From Candidatus Dojkabacteria bacterium (GTDB taxonomy: Bacteria > Patescibacteriota > Dojkabacteria > B142 > WJKM01), in NCBI GenBank assembly GCA_014729085.1, contig WJKM01000008.1, forward strand, positions 163 through 64,162: a DNA stretch of 64,000 nt, read 5' to 3'. Within the stretch, counting starts at the first letter, position 1; each line of letters opens with the position of its first letter. Under the pieces are notes generated by a model. The model was given only the letters and a program-made list of their open reading frames with translations, was not told the DNA's origin and ran no database searches. Below are positions 39,922 to 49,372 of this stretch, in pieces. The position numbers were made by a program, and so were the translations under genes.

Positions 39922-40896
39922 ATGAAATTTAAATTCACAAATATTGGTGAAGATAGAAAAAGTAAACAGAAGTTAATTGTTGTTCTACTTTTATGTTTTC
40001 TTTTTTTAGTAATTGCCAATTCTATAGTTTTTGTTAGCAACTACTCAAAATATACAAGAACTGAAAAAACAGAAGCTTCCGATATAGAAAGTAAGTATTG
40101 GAATCATGATTTGTTTGATGGGCGATTGGAAGCGGTAAGCTGTGAACGTATAGTTGGATGGATAGGAACTAAAGATGATTTGATGGCACAGATGCCAGTT
40201 TTTTTTACTATAGGAGGTCCTTATGAGGGAAATGGAGTTGTGTTTAATCCCAATACAATAGCAGATATAAAACGAGAGAAAGCTGTATGTGATTTTTTGG
40301 ATGGTACTCTTAGTATGGCTGAAGAATGTGTTACCTGCGAAGGTACATCTTGTAATCATGGGTTCGAAATCAATCTTCCCAATTATACCGACTCTCCAAT
40401 TTTTAATAATAGCTCTAATAATAAGGTTTACGCTTATGGTGTTTATAAAGGACAAATTGCAGCTATTATGGATGGTCCTAGTTTTTCAAAATTTTTTCTT
40501 GAAATTCCGGAAAATTGTGGCGATGGATGGGATGGAAATTCAGATGAAATACCTACTTATACTGAAACTCCTACACCAGGCCCGGTTGAAATTCCCGAGG
40601 GCGTTAATTTTGATTTTAATTTAGATACTTTGATTGATCTGAATGATTTTACTTTATTTGCAAATGGTTATAGGGAGTGTAACAAACCGGATAATCCTGA
40701 CTCACAAAATTCTCCCGAATGCGAAATGTATAAAAGTACAGATGCTACTTTTGATTTCGATTTTAATGATGATCAAAAAGTTGATTTGAATGATTTCGTC
40801 ATTTTCGCACAAGTATATAAAGTTTGTAATAAACCAGGAGATACAGCAGCTCAAGACTCGACAGATTGTAATCAATATAAGGGAGGAGATAACTGA
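39922..40896 (+). CDS. Membrane-anchored surface protein with C-terminal Cys-rich dockerin-like module
   Basis: TM-NYSKY-TEAS; two DFNxDxxxDLNDF repeats each followed by Y..CN...C. Confidence 0.8.
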   Translation: MKFKFTNIGEDRKSKQKLIVVLLLCFLFLVIANSIVFVSNYSKYTRTEKTEASDIESKYWNHDLFDGRLEAVSCERIVGWIGTKDDLMAQMPVFFTIGGPYEGNGVVFNPNTIADIKREKAVCDFLDGTLSMAEECVTCEGTSCNHGFEINLPNYTDSPIFNNSSNNKVYAYGVYKGQIAAIMDGPSFSKFFLEIPENCGDGWDGNSDEIPTYTETPTPGPVEIPEGVNFDFNLDTLIDLNDFTLFANGYRECNKPDNPDSQNSPECEMYKSTDATFDFDFNDDQKVDLNDFVIFAQVYKVCNKPGDTAAQDSTDCNQYKGGDN

Positions 40897-41174
40897 TATA
40901 ATTCGATAAAATATTTATTGAAATTATTAGAAAAAAAAGGATTATTTTTACTAATCATAAACCAATTTAACCAACAACTATATTTTACTGATCGCAAATG
41001 CAATGTCTGGATTTCTAATAATACTGTGTAAATTATAATTTTTGGGGGTCCTAGTGCCGTTTTAAGATTAGAAGTTCGATTTGCTTACCTGTAGGTAGAT
41101 TGACCTACCGGAGAGGTACAATTGGACAATCTGATTTGAGAGAGGTATATATTTTTATAAGTAGAGTATAAAGT

Positions 41175-42566
41175 ATGAAGAAACTAAAATTCAAAAAAAT
41201 AGATGATAAGCAGACATATAGGAAACTTCTGCTGACAATATTTTTATTTGTCTTGGTAATTGTATTTTCAGTTTCAATTTATTTTGTACATAACTATTCA
41301 AAGTATAGTGAAATTAAAAAGAGTGAGGCAGCTGGCAATAATTGCTGTAATGAACCGGATTATAAAGTATGCGATGAAGACCATGAATGGGATGAAGGAT
41401 ATTATGCTTGTTTAAACGAAGAATGTGAGAAATGCGGTGGGGCTTCATGGGGTTCATGTAATGAAAATTGCAAGTGTGATCCTGGTGAGGATCATGTTAA
41501 GTGTCCTTCTGATTGTACAGATGAAGGTGTGGATGTACTAAAGCAAATAAATTTTGATTTTAATCTTGACGAAATTTTGGACTTATCTGATTTCACCCTA
41601 TTTGCTGAGGGATATAAGATTTGTAATTCAACGACAACAGAAAGTCCGCAAACAACCGAAGAATGTAAAGATTATAAAGAAGCAGACAGATCTTATGATT
41701 TTGATTTTAATGAAGATACTTGGCTTGACTTAAAAGATTTTGTTCATTTTGTTGAAGCATATAAAGTATGCAATTCAACGACACAAGACAATTCTCAAGA
41801 TAGTATCGAATGCAAGAAACTTAAGGGATTAGGACCTGAACCTACATGCGAAATTAGTCCAACATCTACTGCAGAACCCACTAGTGACCCAACAGATGAT
41901 CCTAGTCCAACAGCAGAACCAACAAATCCTCCTGATTTTGAGGATCCTGAAGGTAGTACTTCAATTGGTGGCGATTTTGAAGGTGAGTTCTATCATGATG
42001 GAGCTCCTGAATTGTATATTGCTAAGGACTGGAAAACCTGGTATGAAGATGGCTGTACAGCCGGGAAGTGTGGTACTTTTAATTGTGATGGGAGTCCAGC
42101 TTATTGCAGACGTCCTGAATTTAAAAAAGCGGATGGTACAAGGTTTAGAAATAGGGTAAGAACTGGACAGTATTCTCAGCAATGGTTTAATACTTTCGGT
42201 ACACATAATGCAGGTATTTATAGAAAAGTAAATGTTGGAACCGATAAACAGCTTAAAATGCAAGCATATGGATCGCAATGGACAGATGATGGTAGTGGTG
42301 GGTCAACCATTATGAATGGTAGAATTGGTATAGATCCAACTGGAGGCACGGATCCTAATAGTGATTCAGTTATATGGACAGACTGGACTCCCCTACCAAA
42401 TGTCAAACCCGAAGACAGTGGTGAATGGAAGAAGCTTGAAATAGAGGCTACGAGCGAAGTTGATGAAGTGACAATTTTCATTATGTCGAATAATCAGTAT
42501 CCCCTTACAAATAATGATGTCTATTGGGATGATGTTATATTATATATTGATGGTGAAAAAATCTAA
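41175..42566 (+). CDS. Membrane-anchored surface protein with Cys-rich region, central dockerin-like module and C-terminal beta-sandwich-like domain
   Basis: TM-NYSKY-SEAA; two DFNxD loops; Pro/Thr linker; GIDPTGGTDP...NNDVYWDD. Confidence 0.8.
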   Translation: MKKLKFKKIDDKQTYRKLLLTIFLFVLVIVFSVSIYFVHNYSKYSEIKKSEAAGNNCCNEPDYKVCDEDHEWDEGYYACLNEECEKCGGASWGSCNENCKCDPGEDHVKCPSDCTDEGVDVLKQINFDFNLDEILDLSDFTLFAEGYKICNSTTTESPQTTEECKDYKEADRSYDFDFNEDTWLDLKDFVHFVEAYKVCNSTTQDNSQDSIECKKLKGLGPEPTCEISPTSTAEPTSDPTDDPSPTAEPTNPPDFEDPEGSTSIGGDFEGEFYHDGAPELYIAKDWKTWYEDGCTAGKCGTFNCDGSPAYCRRPEFKKADGTRFRNRVRTGQYSQQWFNTFGTHNAGIYRKVNVGTDKQLKMQAYGSQWTDDGSGGSTIMNGRIGIDPTGGTDPNSDSVIWTDWTPLPNVKPEDSGEWKKLEIEATSEVDEVTIFIMSNNQYPLTNNDVYWDDVILYIDGEKI

Positions 42567-42581
42567 ATTATTTATTGATTA

Positions 42582-43289
42582 ATGAAGAAGTTATATCAAA
42601 AGAATCAGGTCAAAAAAATTTTGGTCATAATTCTATTTTCAATTCTCCTTATTACCTTATTTCTTTCTGCTTTATTTGTTCAAAATTATTCTAGATATAG
42701 TGAGGTTAAGGAATCTGAGGCCTCTTCCTCAAAACCGAATATAGATTTCAATACAGATAAGAATATAGACTTAAATGATTTCAGAAATTTTGTAGAGGTT
42801 TATAGAATATGTAATAGTTCTGACACAGATAATCCACAGAATAGCTCTCAATGTATCTCACAAAAAGCTGATTATGATTTAGATGATAATGGGAAAGTTG
42901 ATATTCAGGATTTTGTTGTATTTGCAGATGGATACAAGATTTGTAATAAGCCTGGAGATTCGAATGCACAGGATTCTAATGAATGTAAGGCATATAAAGG
43001 AAGTGAGGACGATATAACCATTGAACCTTCCCCTACTAGTACAGAAGACTTAGATGGAGAATGCACTTGCCATGTAACAGGTAAAGGTTGTGGGAAGAAG
43101 GGTTTATTTAAAGGTTGCGAAGATTTTGATGAAACTGAGTCAAGATGTGTGAAAGAGAACGAATGTACCGAATCCAATTGTTGTACTGAGGCAGAAAAGG
43201 TTGCTGAACAAGAAGCCGAAAATAGAGGAGCTGTTCTAGAAAGTTTTGAATGTAATGCAGAGGTGCAGTGGACAGAAGGGGGCTGTTGA
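42582..43289 (+). CDS. Membrane-anchored protein with dockerin-like module and Cys-rich tail
   Basis: TM-NYSRY-SEAS; DFNTDKNIDLNDF and DLDDNGKVDIQDF. Confidence 0.8.
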   Translation: MKKLYQKNQVKKILVIILFSILLITLFLSALFVQNYSRYSEVKESEASSSKPNIDFNTDKNIDLNDFRNFVEVYRICNSSDTDNPQNSSQCISQKADYDLDDNGKVDIQDFVVFADGYKICNKPGDSNAQDSNECKAYKGSEDDITIEPSPTSTEDLDGECTCHVTGKGCGKKGLFKGCEDFDETESRCVKENECTESNCCTEAEKVAEQEAENRGAVLESFECNAEVQWTEGGC

Positions 43290-43313
43290 TGACTTTTAAT
43301 AATTAAATTGATT

Positions 43314-43342
43314 AAAACACGATTGAGTCGTGTTTTTGTTTT
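43314..43342 (+). terminator. Intrinsic terminator
   Basis: aaaacacgat-tga-gtcgtgtttt followed by a T-rich tail. Confidence 0.65.
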
Positions 43343-43355
43343 ATAATAAGTTATT

Positions 43356-44912
43356 ATGGCTAATCGAATGAATTCGAGTTTAAAACAGAAAATAGAAGAA
43401 GCCCCTTCTCTACCAGGCTGTTATTTGTGGAAAGATAAAAAGGGTAAGATTCTATATATAGGTAAGGCCGTCAATCTATCAAACCGTGTTAATTCATATG
43501 TGCAAAATTATAAACGACTTGATCCGAAAATACGGAAAATGGTGGATAAGATTGCAGACATTGATTATTATACTGTTGATAGCGAAGTAGAGGCACTTAT
43601 TCTAGAAACTAATCTGATTAAAAAATACAAGCCTAGATATAATAAACTCATGAAAGATGATAAGAATTATTCATGGGTCATGATTGATTGGTATAACGAT
43701 CTTCCTTCAATAAATTTAGTTAGAGAAAAAGATGATAAGAAAGCAGAGTATTATGGTCCGTATCCCAATAGATCTCCTGTATTTAAAGTTCTAAGAAGAT
43801 TGAGAAAAATATTCCCTTATTGTGGAAAGCTCCCAAAGAACAATAAGAATAAAACGAAGCCCTGTTTTGATTATCATATTGGTTTGTGTTCAGGAATTTG
43901 TGCCGGATTAGTATCCAAAAAAGAACATAGACAGCATATTAATGCTATAAGGAAATTTTTTAAAGGAAAGAGAATGAAAATGATCAATAATATGAAGAAG
44001 CAGATGAATAAGAAATCAGATAAGTTAAATTTTGAAGAGGCTGCAGAGCTAAGAGATAAGATTAATGACTTGGAGTATGTTACTCAGAGAATTAAGATAG
44101 GTAAAGAGATAGATGAGATAAAGCTTCAAACACTAAAAAAGGACTATCCTAAAGAAGCATTGAAGACCTTGATTAATAAGTTAGATTTTTCTGGTTTAAA
44201 GTATAAGAGAAACTTTCGAATTGAATGTTACGACATTTCAAATATCTCAGGTACAAATGCAGTGGGAAGTATGATTGTTTTTCAAGATGGCAGACCTGTT
44301 AAAAATCAGTATAGAAAGTTTAAGATAAGAAATAAAGCAACACCGGATGATTTTGCAATGATGCAGGAAGTAATAAAAAGACGTTTGAAATATTTGAGTT
44401 CAAATTATAAAGCAAAAAAGAGTGATTCATCTTTTAGGACTAAACCTAATTTAATAATTGTTGATGGCGGTAAAGCTCAATTGTCATCTGCATATGAGGT
44501 TTTAAAACGGAAAGGGCTTGAAGACAAGATTTATACGATTGGACTTGCAAAAAAGTTTGAAGAAATATACAAAATTAAAATAAATAACAGGAAAGAAGAA
44601 GATAAATCAAAAATAGTCAAAATTAAATTTAAAAAGATTAGATTTTCTAAAAGGTCAAAGGAATTATATTTGATTCAAAGAATCCGGGATGAAGCACATA
44701 GATTTGCCATAGGCTATCACAGAAAGATTCGTAGTAAAGGGCAAACAAAATCCATACTTGATGATATTCCGGGAGTTGGGAAAGTCACTAAAAGGCGCTT
44801 GATTGAAGCTTTTGGAAATGTGAATAAGATAAGAAAAGCTAGTAAAGAGGAACTCCAAACAGTAATTAGAAACAAAAGGACTGTTGAAGCAATTAAGAAG
44901 ATCTTAACTTAA
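43356..44912 (+). CDS. uvrC: Excinuclease ABC subunit C
   Basis: GIY-YIG YIGKA.NL..RV.SY, ECYDISN, VDGGKAQL, RDEAHRFA, HhH. Confidence 0.96.
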   Translation: MANRMNSSLKQKIEEAPSLPGCYLWKDKKGKILYIGKAVNLSNRVNSYVQNYKRLDPKIRKMVDKIADIDYYTVDSEVEALILETNLIKKYKPRYNKLMKDDKNYSWVMIDWYNDLPSINLVREKDDKKAEYYGPYPNRSPVFKVLRRLRKIFPYCGKLPKNNKNKTKPCFDYHIGLCSGICAGLVSKKEHRQHINAIRKFFKGKRMKMINNMKKQMNKKSDKLNFEEAAELRDKINDLEYVTQRIKIGKEIDEIKLQTLKKDYPKEALKTLINKLDFSGLKYKRNFRIECYDISNISGTNAVGSMIVFQDGRPVKNQYRKFKIRNKATPDDFAMMQEVIKRRLKYLSSNYKAKKSDSSFRTKPNLIIVDGGKAQLSSAYEVLKRKGLEDKIYTIGLAKKFEEIYKIKINNRKEEDKSKIVKIKFKKIRFSKRSKELYLIQRIRDEAHRFAIGYHRKIRSKGQTKSILDDIPGVGKVTKRRLIEAFGNVNKIRKASKEELQTVIRNKRTVEAIKKILT

Positions 44913-45096
44913 AATTCTTCGAAAATATATTTGAAAAATCCGTTTTTTAGGCAACCTTCTCTCTTCGATATTCGTAAGCAAAGTTTAAGGAATCCATTTT
45001 AGGTGTAACATTTTTTTTTGCTTTACGTCTTATCATTAGTTGCGGAAAGAATTATTTAGGAATTTTCGCATATATTTAATATTTTATTTCAAAATT

Positions 45097-46320
45097 ATGG
45101 AACAACTTCCAGTCTTTGATTTCTACAACGATCAAGCTATAGATACTCCAGATTTTCCCTCAAGTTTAATAGAAGCAGATATAGATGGAGATGGTGACTT
45201 AGACATCTTGGCATTAAATGCGCAGAGAGTAGACAGTGTAGATGGTGATTATTTTAATCACTATATTTTACTTAACGAAGAAGGCAAATTCCAATTCGAA
45301 AACCCTCTCATGTTTCAATCTGGTGAGAGACTTGGGGATGCAGCCTTTGGAGATTTAGATAACGACGGTGATTTAGATATTTACACAACATCCTATTGGA
45401 GAGGTGAAGATAGTGTATATCTAAACACAGGTAATCAGTTTAATATTTTAAATCAGAATGAGACTTATGAACATGAAGATGGTTTAGTTGAGCTTGTAGA
45501 TATAGATGATGATGGAGATTTGGATGCAATTGTGACAACGCAGTCTCATAATTACCAAGATCCACCTCAAAACCCAACCCAAGTAAGGTTGAATGATGGT
45601 AGTGGCCAGTTTGCAAATTCTGTAACCCTTGGTAGGAGCTCAAGGACTGTTGATACTGCAATTGCAGATGTGGACGGTGATGGTGATCAAGATTATTTTC
45701 AAAGATCATATGAGAGAGGTTTGGAATTTTTTGAAAATCAGGGGGATGGCAGTTTTGCTGAGGGTGAAGCTATAAATATAGGGACCACAATCTACTCTTT
45801 TGATTTAGGAGATATTGATGGAGATGGTAAGGATGATTTAGTTGTATTGCATCAAGATAAGCCTGAAGAAGTACTAGAGATGGGAGCTTTATCATGGTTG
45901 GAACGGAATGGAGATAGTTGGCAAATTGAAGGTGATCATTTTTGGAATGGATTAATTCCTTATAATCAGGATATAGAACTTGGAGATGTAGATGGAGATG
46001 GGGATTTTGATGTTTTAATTGGTGGTGGAGCAGAAAAAAGTTATTTTCCGGAAGTTCATTATGATGTTCAACCTGCGAGGGTGGTGCATAATGCCGGTTT
46101 ATCTCCCTTTGAAAATGTAGTGGAGAAAGAGTTAAAGAGAAATAATATAGAAACTCCAATAATTGATCCATATGATTTGAGTTTAGTTCTAGCTGATATT
46201 GATGGAGACGGTAAAGATGAACCGATTATATCTAGTTTTTTTAATGAAGGGCAGGATATAACAATATGGGATAATGATCCATTATTATTTTTACCGGTAG
46301 TAGTTAGAAATTTTAGCTAA
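45097..46320 (+). CDS. FG-GAP/VCBS repeat beta-propeller protein (start revised to ATG 45097, MEQLP)
   Basis: Seven D[IVL]DxDGxxD loops; the upstream TTG extension is AT-rich intergenic-like sequence. Confidence 0.85.
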   Translation: MEQLPVFDFYNDQAIDTPDFPSSLIEADIDGDGDLDILALNAQRVDSVDGDYFNHYILLNEEGKFQFENPLMFQSGERLGDAAFGDLDNDGDLDIYTTSYWRGEDSVYLNTGNQFNILNQNETYEHEDGLVELVDIDDDGDLDAIVTTQSHNYQDPPQNPTQVRLNDGSGQFANSVTLGRSSRTVDTAIADVDGDGDQDYFQRSYERGLEFFENQGDGSFAEGEAINIGTTIYSFDLGDIDGDGKDDLVVLHQDKPEEVLEMGALSWLERNGDSWQIEGDHFWNGLIPYNQDIELGDVDGDGDFDVLIGGGAEKSYFPEVHYDVQPARVVHNAGLSPFENVVEKELKRNNIETPIIDPYDLSLVLADIDGDGKDEPIISSFFNEGQDITIWDNDPLLFLPVVVRNFS

Positions 46321-46334
46321 GGCATTTGTAAAAT

Positions 46335-46367
46335 AAAGTAGGTCTCGATATGGAGACCTACTTTTTT
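46335..46367 (+). terminator. Intrinsic terminator between convergent genes
   Basis: aaagtaggtctc-gatatg-gagacctacttt plus T tract. Confidence 0.85.
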
Positions 46368-46384
46368 AGGGTTAGGATATCACA

Positions 46385-48178
46385 TTAACCACAATTCTTC
46401 TGTTTATATAAAATAATAAAATTTTTAAAGTCAATAATATCAACTTTTCCGTTTCTATCACTGTCTTTTGGTCCACAACCTTCCACAATAGGTGAGTCCG
46501 AACAGGTTTTACTGTAAACATCTTTAAAAGGCTCAAAGTCATAGAGATCGACTTTATTATTATTGTTATGGTCAAGTTGACCGCAAATTACTCCTATTGG
46601 TGTACTAACCGCTGAAGATGTTACAGTAACAGTTGGAGTTGGTGTTTTAACTGTCGAAGATGTTACAGTAACAGTTGCTGTTGGAGTATTAGTTACTGAT
46701 GGACTTGTGGTAGTAGTTAAGGTAGGGCTATGTGAAGGTTCACTTGTTTGTGTTGGTGAATTAAGTACTTTACCTATTGTTATAAGATTTCCCGTCGGTT
46801 TTGGAGAAGACCAGTGTGTATAATTTCCTTCTATAAATGTTCCAATTATATCAGTAGTGAAATTTCCAATAAAATTTAATTGGCCAACTGTTAGATTGGA
46901 ACTTGTATATATTTCAGTTTCCGAAATATTGGAATTACTAATTGAGTATTTAGTTATTGTCTGGTATTGATTATTTCGTCCGTATATCTGTTTAATTCCG
47001 TCTTCTATAATTATTTCATAAGGCTGGAAAAGACCTAGATGATGGTAATTATCGATTTCCCATTTACTACCATCCCAGCTAGCTATTTCTAAGTATGGTG
47101 TATAAGGCATATTGCCAACTGTATTTATTTGTTTGAACCTTGTGAATGCAATGACTGGCTTGTTATTATAAATATCAACAGCCATTCTGGTATTCCCGCC
47201 TTCTTTTCCAAATTCCAGTTTGTTTTCATAACCAAATATTTCACAGTGCTGTTCAAATTCACTTCTGGTTATAGTACTTCCAAGGTTATGCTTTGAGGCT
47301 GAATATATATTATTATCTTCGAAGTTGAAGAATATATAATAGTGCTTATTAAAATAGTCGTTGTGATTTTGATGGATTCCAAAAGTAATATGAAGTCCTT
47401 CGGGATCGCTTTCGTAATGTATGGCTTTTGTATAAACTGTATTCCAAACATCTTCACTTTTCCCAGGGTCAATCAATTTATGAGATGTCCAGGTTTCACC
47501 ATTATCAGTTGATTTTAAATAATACTCTGGTTCATACCAATTTGAAAGCGGAGGATTAATAACACCATTCCCTTTGGTTTTTCGAAATAAATAGTATAAA
47601 TCTCCGTTTTTTGCTTTATATGCAGCTCCATATGTAGCTTCATTTGTACCGTTTATTTCATTGATTTCCCAGTTCGTAATATCAGTTGTGGAAGAGCTTG
47701 TTGCTTGAATAACCTTATGATTTGCATGCATGGAATATAAAACATGTAGTCGTCCCATACTATCCTTTAAGATCTGAGGATAATTATGTGAGTCTGGTTG
47801 AACTGGGGAGTCTAGAATTTTATGTGGCTCTGACCAATTCTCTAGATTATGATCATAATACATAATATAAGGCGAACAAGATGATAGCCCTTCTTTTTGA
47901 TCATTTGAAAAAACCACAAATGTTCGATTTGAGTCTGTATCATAAATTCCAGAATATATTTGTGTTTTTTGTCTGGCATAAGTTTCAACTATATTTTCGG
48001 CTATTATCTGTGTTTCGTATTGATCAGACGAAATTTGAGCACCGGATTTTTTAATATTCAGTTCAGATTGTTTTTCGATTTTAAAGGAAATAAGTAGAGA
48101 TGTCCCAATTAAGAATACAACTATGAAAGATAACAGAATAACGAAATGAAATTTTTTAGATGTTTCAGCTTTATGCAT
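46385..48178 (-). CDS. Membrane-anchored BNR/Asp-box repeat protein with C-terminal dockerin-like module
   Basis: DSHNYPQI..D..G.LHV...MH, KSTDNGETW Asp box; Thr linker; CGQLDHNNNNKVDLYDF...CGPKDSDRNGKVDIIDF. Confidence 0.8.
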   Translation of the reverse strand: MHKAETSKKFHFVILLSFIVVFLIGTSLLISFKIEKQSELNIKKSGAQISSDQYETQIIAENIVETYARQKTQIYSGIYDTDSNRTFVVFSNDQKEGLSSCSPYIMYYDHNLENWSEPHKILDSPVQPDSHNYPQILKDSMGRLHVLYSMHANHKVIQATSSSTTDITNWEINEINGTNEATYGAAYKAKNGDLYYLFRKTKGNGVINPPLSNWYEPEYYLKSTDNGETWTSHKLIDPGKSEDVWNTVYTKAIHYESDPEGLHITFGIHQNHNDYFNKHYYIFFNFEDNNIYSASKHNLGSTITRSEFEQHCEIFGYENKLEFGKEGGNTRMAVDIYNNKPVIAFTRFKQINTVGNMPYTPYLEIASWDGSKWEIDNYHHLGLFQPYEIIIEDGIKQIYGRNNQYQTITKYSISNSNISETEIYTSSNLTVGQLNFIGNFTTDIIGTFIEGNYTHWSSPKPTGNLITIGKVLNSPTQTSEPSHSPTLTTTTSPSVTNTPTATVTVTSSTVKTPTPTVTVTSSAVSTPIGVICGQLDHNNNNKVDLYDFEPFKDVYSKTCSDSPIVEGCGPKDSDRNGKVDIIDFKNFIILYKQKNCG

Positions 48179-48188
48179 TTAGTCACAT

Positions 48189-49235
48189 TTATCTATTGGC
48201 AAGTGAATATTTAGTTGCTCTCCCCTTCCCTTCTACTTTTATTAGCTTTTTTTTCAAAAGTTCATTTAGATCTCTATAAGCTGTCATTGTCGATACATCA
48301 AACATTTGAACATAATCCTGCCTTTTAACCGATGGTATAGTTTGCAGATACTTGAGGATTTTGAGTTGTCTTTTATTCAAATTTAAAAAGGGTTGATGTG
48401 TTCTTTTCTTGTTAGTTTCAATTTGCTTAGTAATTCTTTTATACCGATTTTCAAATTCAGCAGCTATATGTTCTGTAAATTTTTCGATCCAAAAGGTAAT
48501 ATTTCCAGTTGGAGAGTTTGATGACTTTTCCCATTGTTCCTTGAATTCGTCTTGATTTAAATCAAAAAGTTTTGGAACAGATAAATAAGTAATAGTTGAA
48601 TATTCATTTTTTTGTAAAAGAAAGTCACATATTGCAATAATTGTTAGTTTGTTCAAATTTGAAAAAGGAATTATCCTGATAAGTCTGTATATAGTTACAG
48701 CAGTTCTAATTATTGGATTAATTCTATCTGTATTGTTTTTGTACCATTCGAACGTGTTGTCCAGTTCGGCTTCTATTTCATTAGTTTTTATTGATTGATC
48801 CCCATAAGTTAACCAGTCATCAAATGAAGAGTCGATATCGGTTCCGACACGGAATTTTGCCTCCCAAGGTTCCTTCCAGGAATAAATTAATAATTTATTT
48901 AGATGAAGAACTAGATCTTTGTTTATATTTACATAATTATCGTAACGATTTGATCTAATGTATTCGATAGCATTCTTAAAATTATTTAAAATCTTATTTT
49001 TCAAGTCATTTTGAGTGTCTATCTTTCCAACTAAAAACTTTTCCGTATCTTTAAGTGTTATATTTAAACCAAGCATATGTGCTGTATGGAAAATATCGAT
49101 TTTCTTTTGTTTTTTATTTAATTGGGTTTGTATCTCGTCACTTAAATCTAATTGGGATATTTTACATTTAGTAGTCTCGAGATCTATTAAATTATTTACA
49201 ATTGTATTGGTCAATTGATAGTTAATTTGCCTCAT
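48189..49235 (-). CDS. Fic-fold protein with degenerate active site and C-terminal DeoR-like HTH
   Basis: NPIIRTA...IIPFSNLNKL in place of HPFxDGNGR; VSTMTAYRDLNEL...GKGRATKY. Confidence 0.8.
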   Translation of the reverse strand: MRQINYQLTNTIVNNLIDLETTKCKISQLDLSDEIQTQLNKKQKKIDIFHTAHMLGLNITLKDTEKFLVGKIDTQNDLKNKILNNFKNAIEYIRSNRYDNYVNINKDLVLHLNKLLIYSWKEPWEAKFRVGTDIDSSFDDWLTYGDQSIKTNEIEAELDNTFEWYKNNTDRINPIIRTAVTIYRLIRIIPFSNLNKLTIIAICDFLLQKNEYSTITYLSVPKLFDLNQDEFKEQWEKSSNSPTGNITFWIEKFTEHIAAEFENRYKRITKQIETNKKRTHQPFLNLNKRQLKILKYLQTIPSVKRQDYVQMFDVSTMTAYRDLNELLKKKLIKVEGKGRATKYSLANR

Positions 49236-49372
49236 TAATTATAAGTTTTATAGATTTTATGTAAATCAAGATTTCTAATATATTATACATGAAATGCTAA
49301 TTAAGCAAATATTATAATTCAAAATTATTAGCTCAAATACATATAAAATTTATGAATTTTAATTACATCAAT

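Noticed and set aside
46614-46677. 22-bp direct repeat with 42-bp period
   Set aside because: Encodes the Thr-rich linker (TVTVTSS twice); ordinary linker expansion
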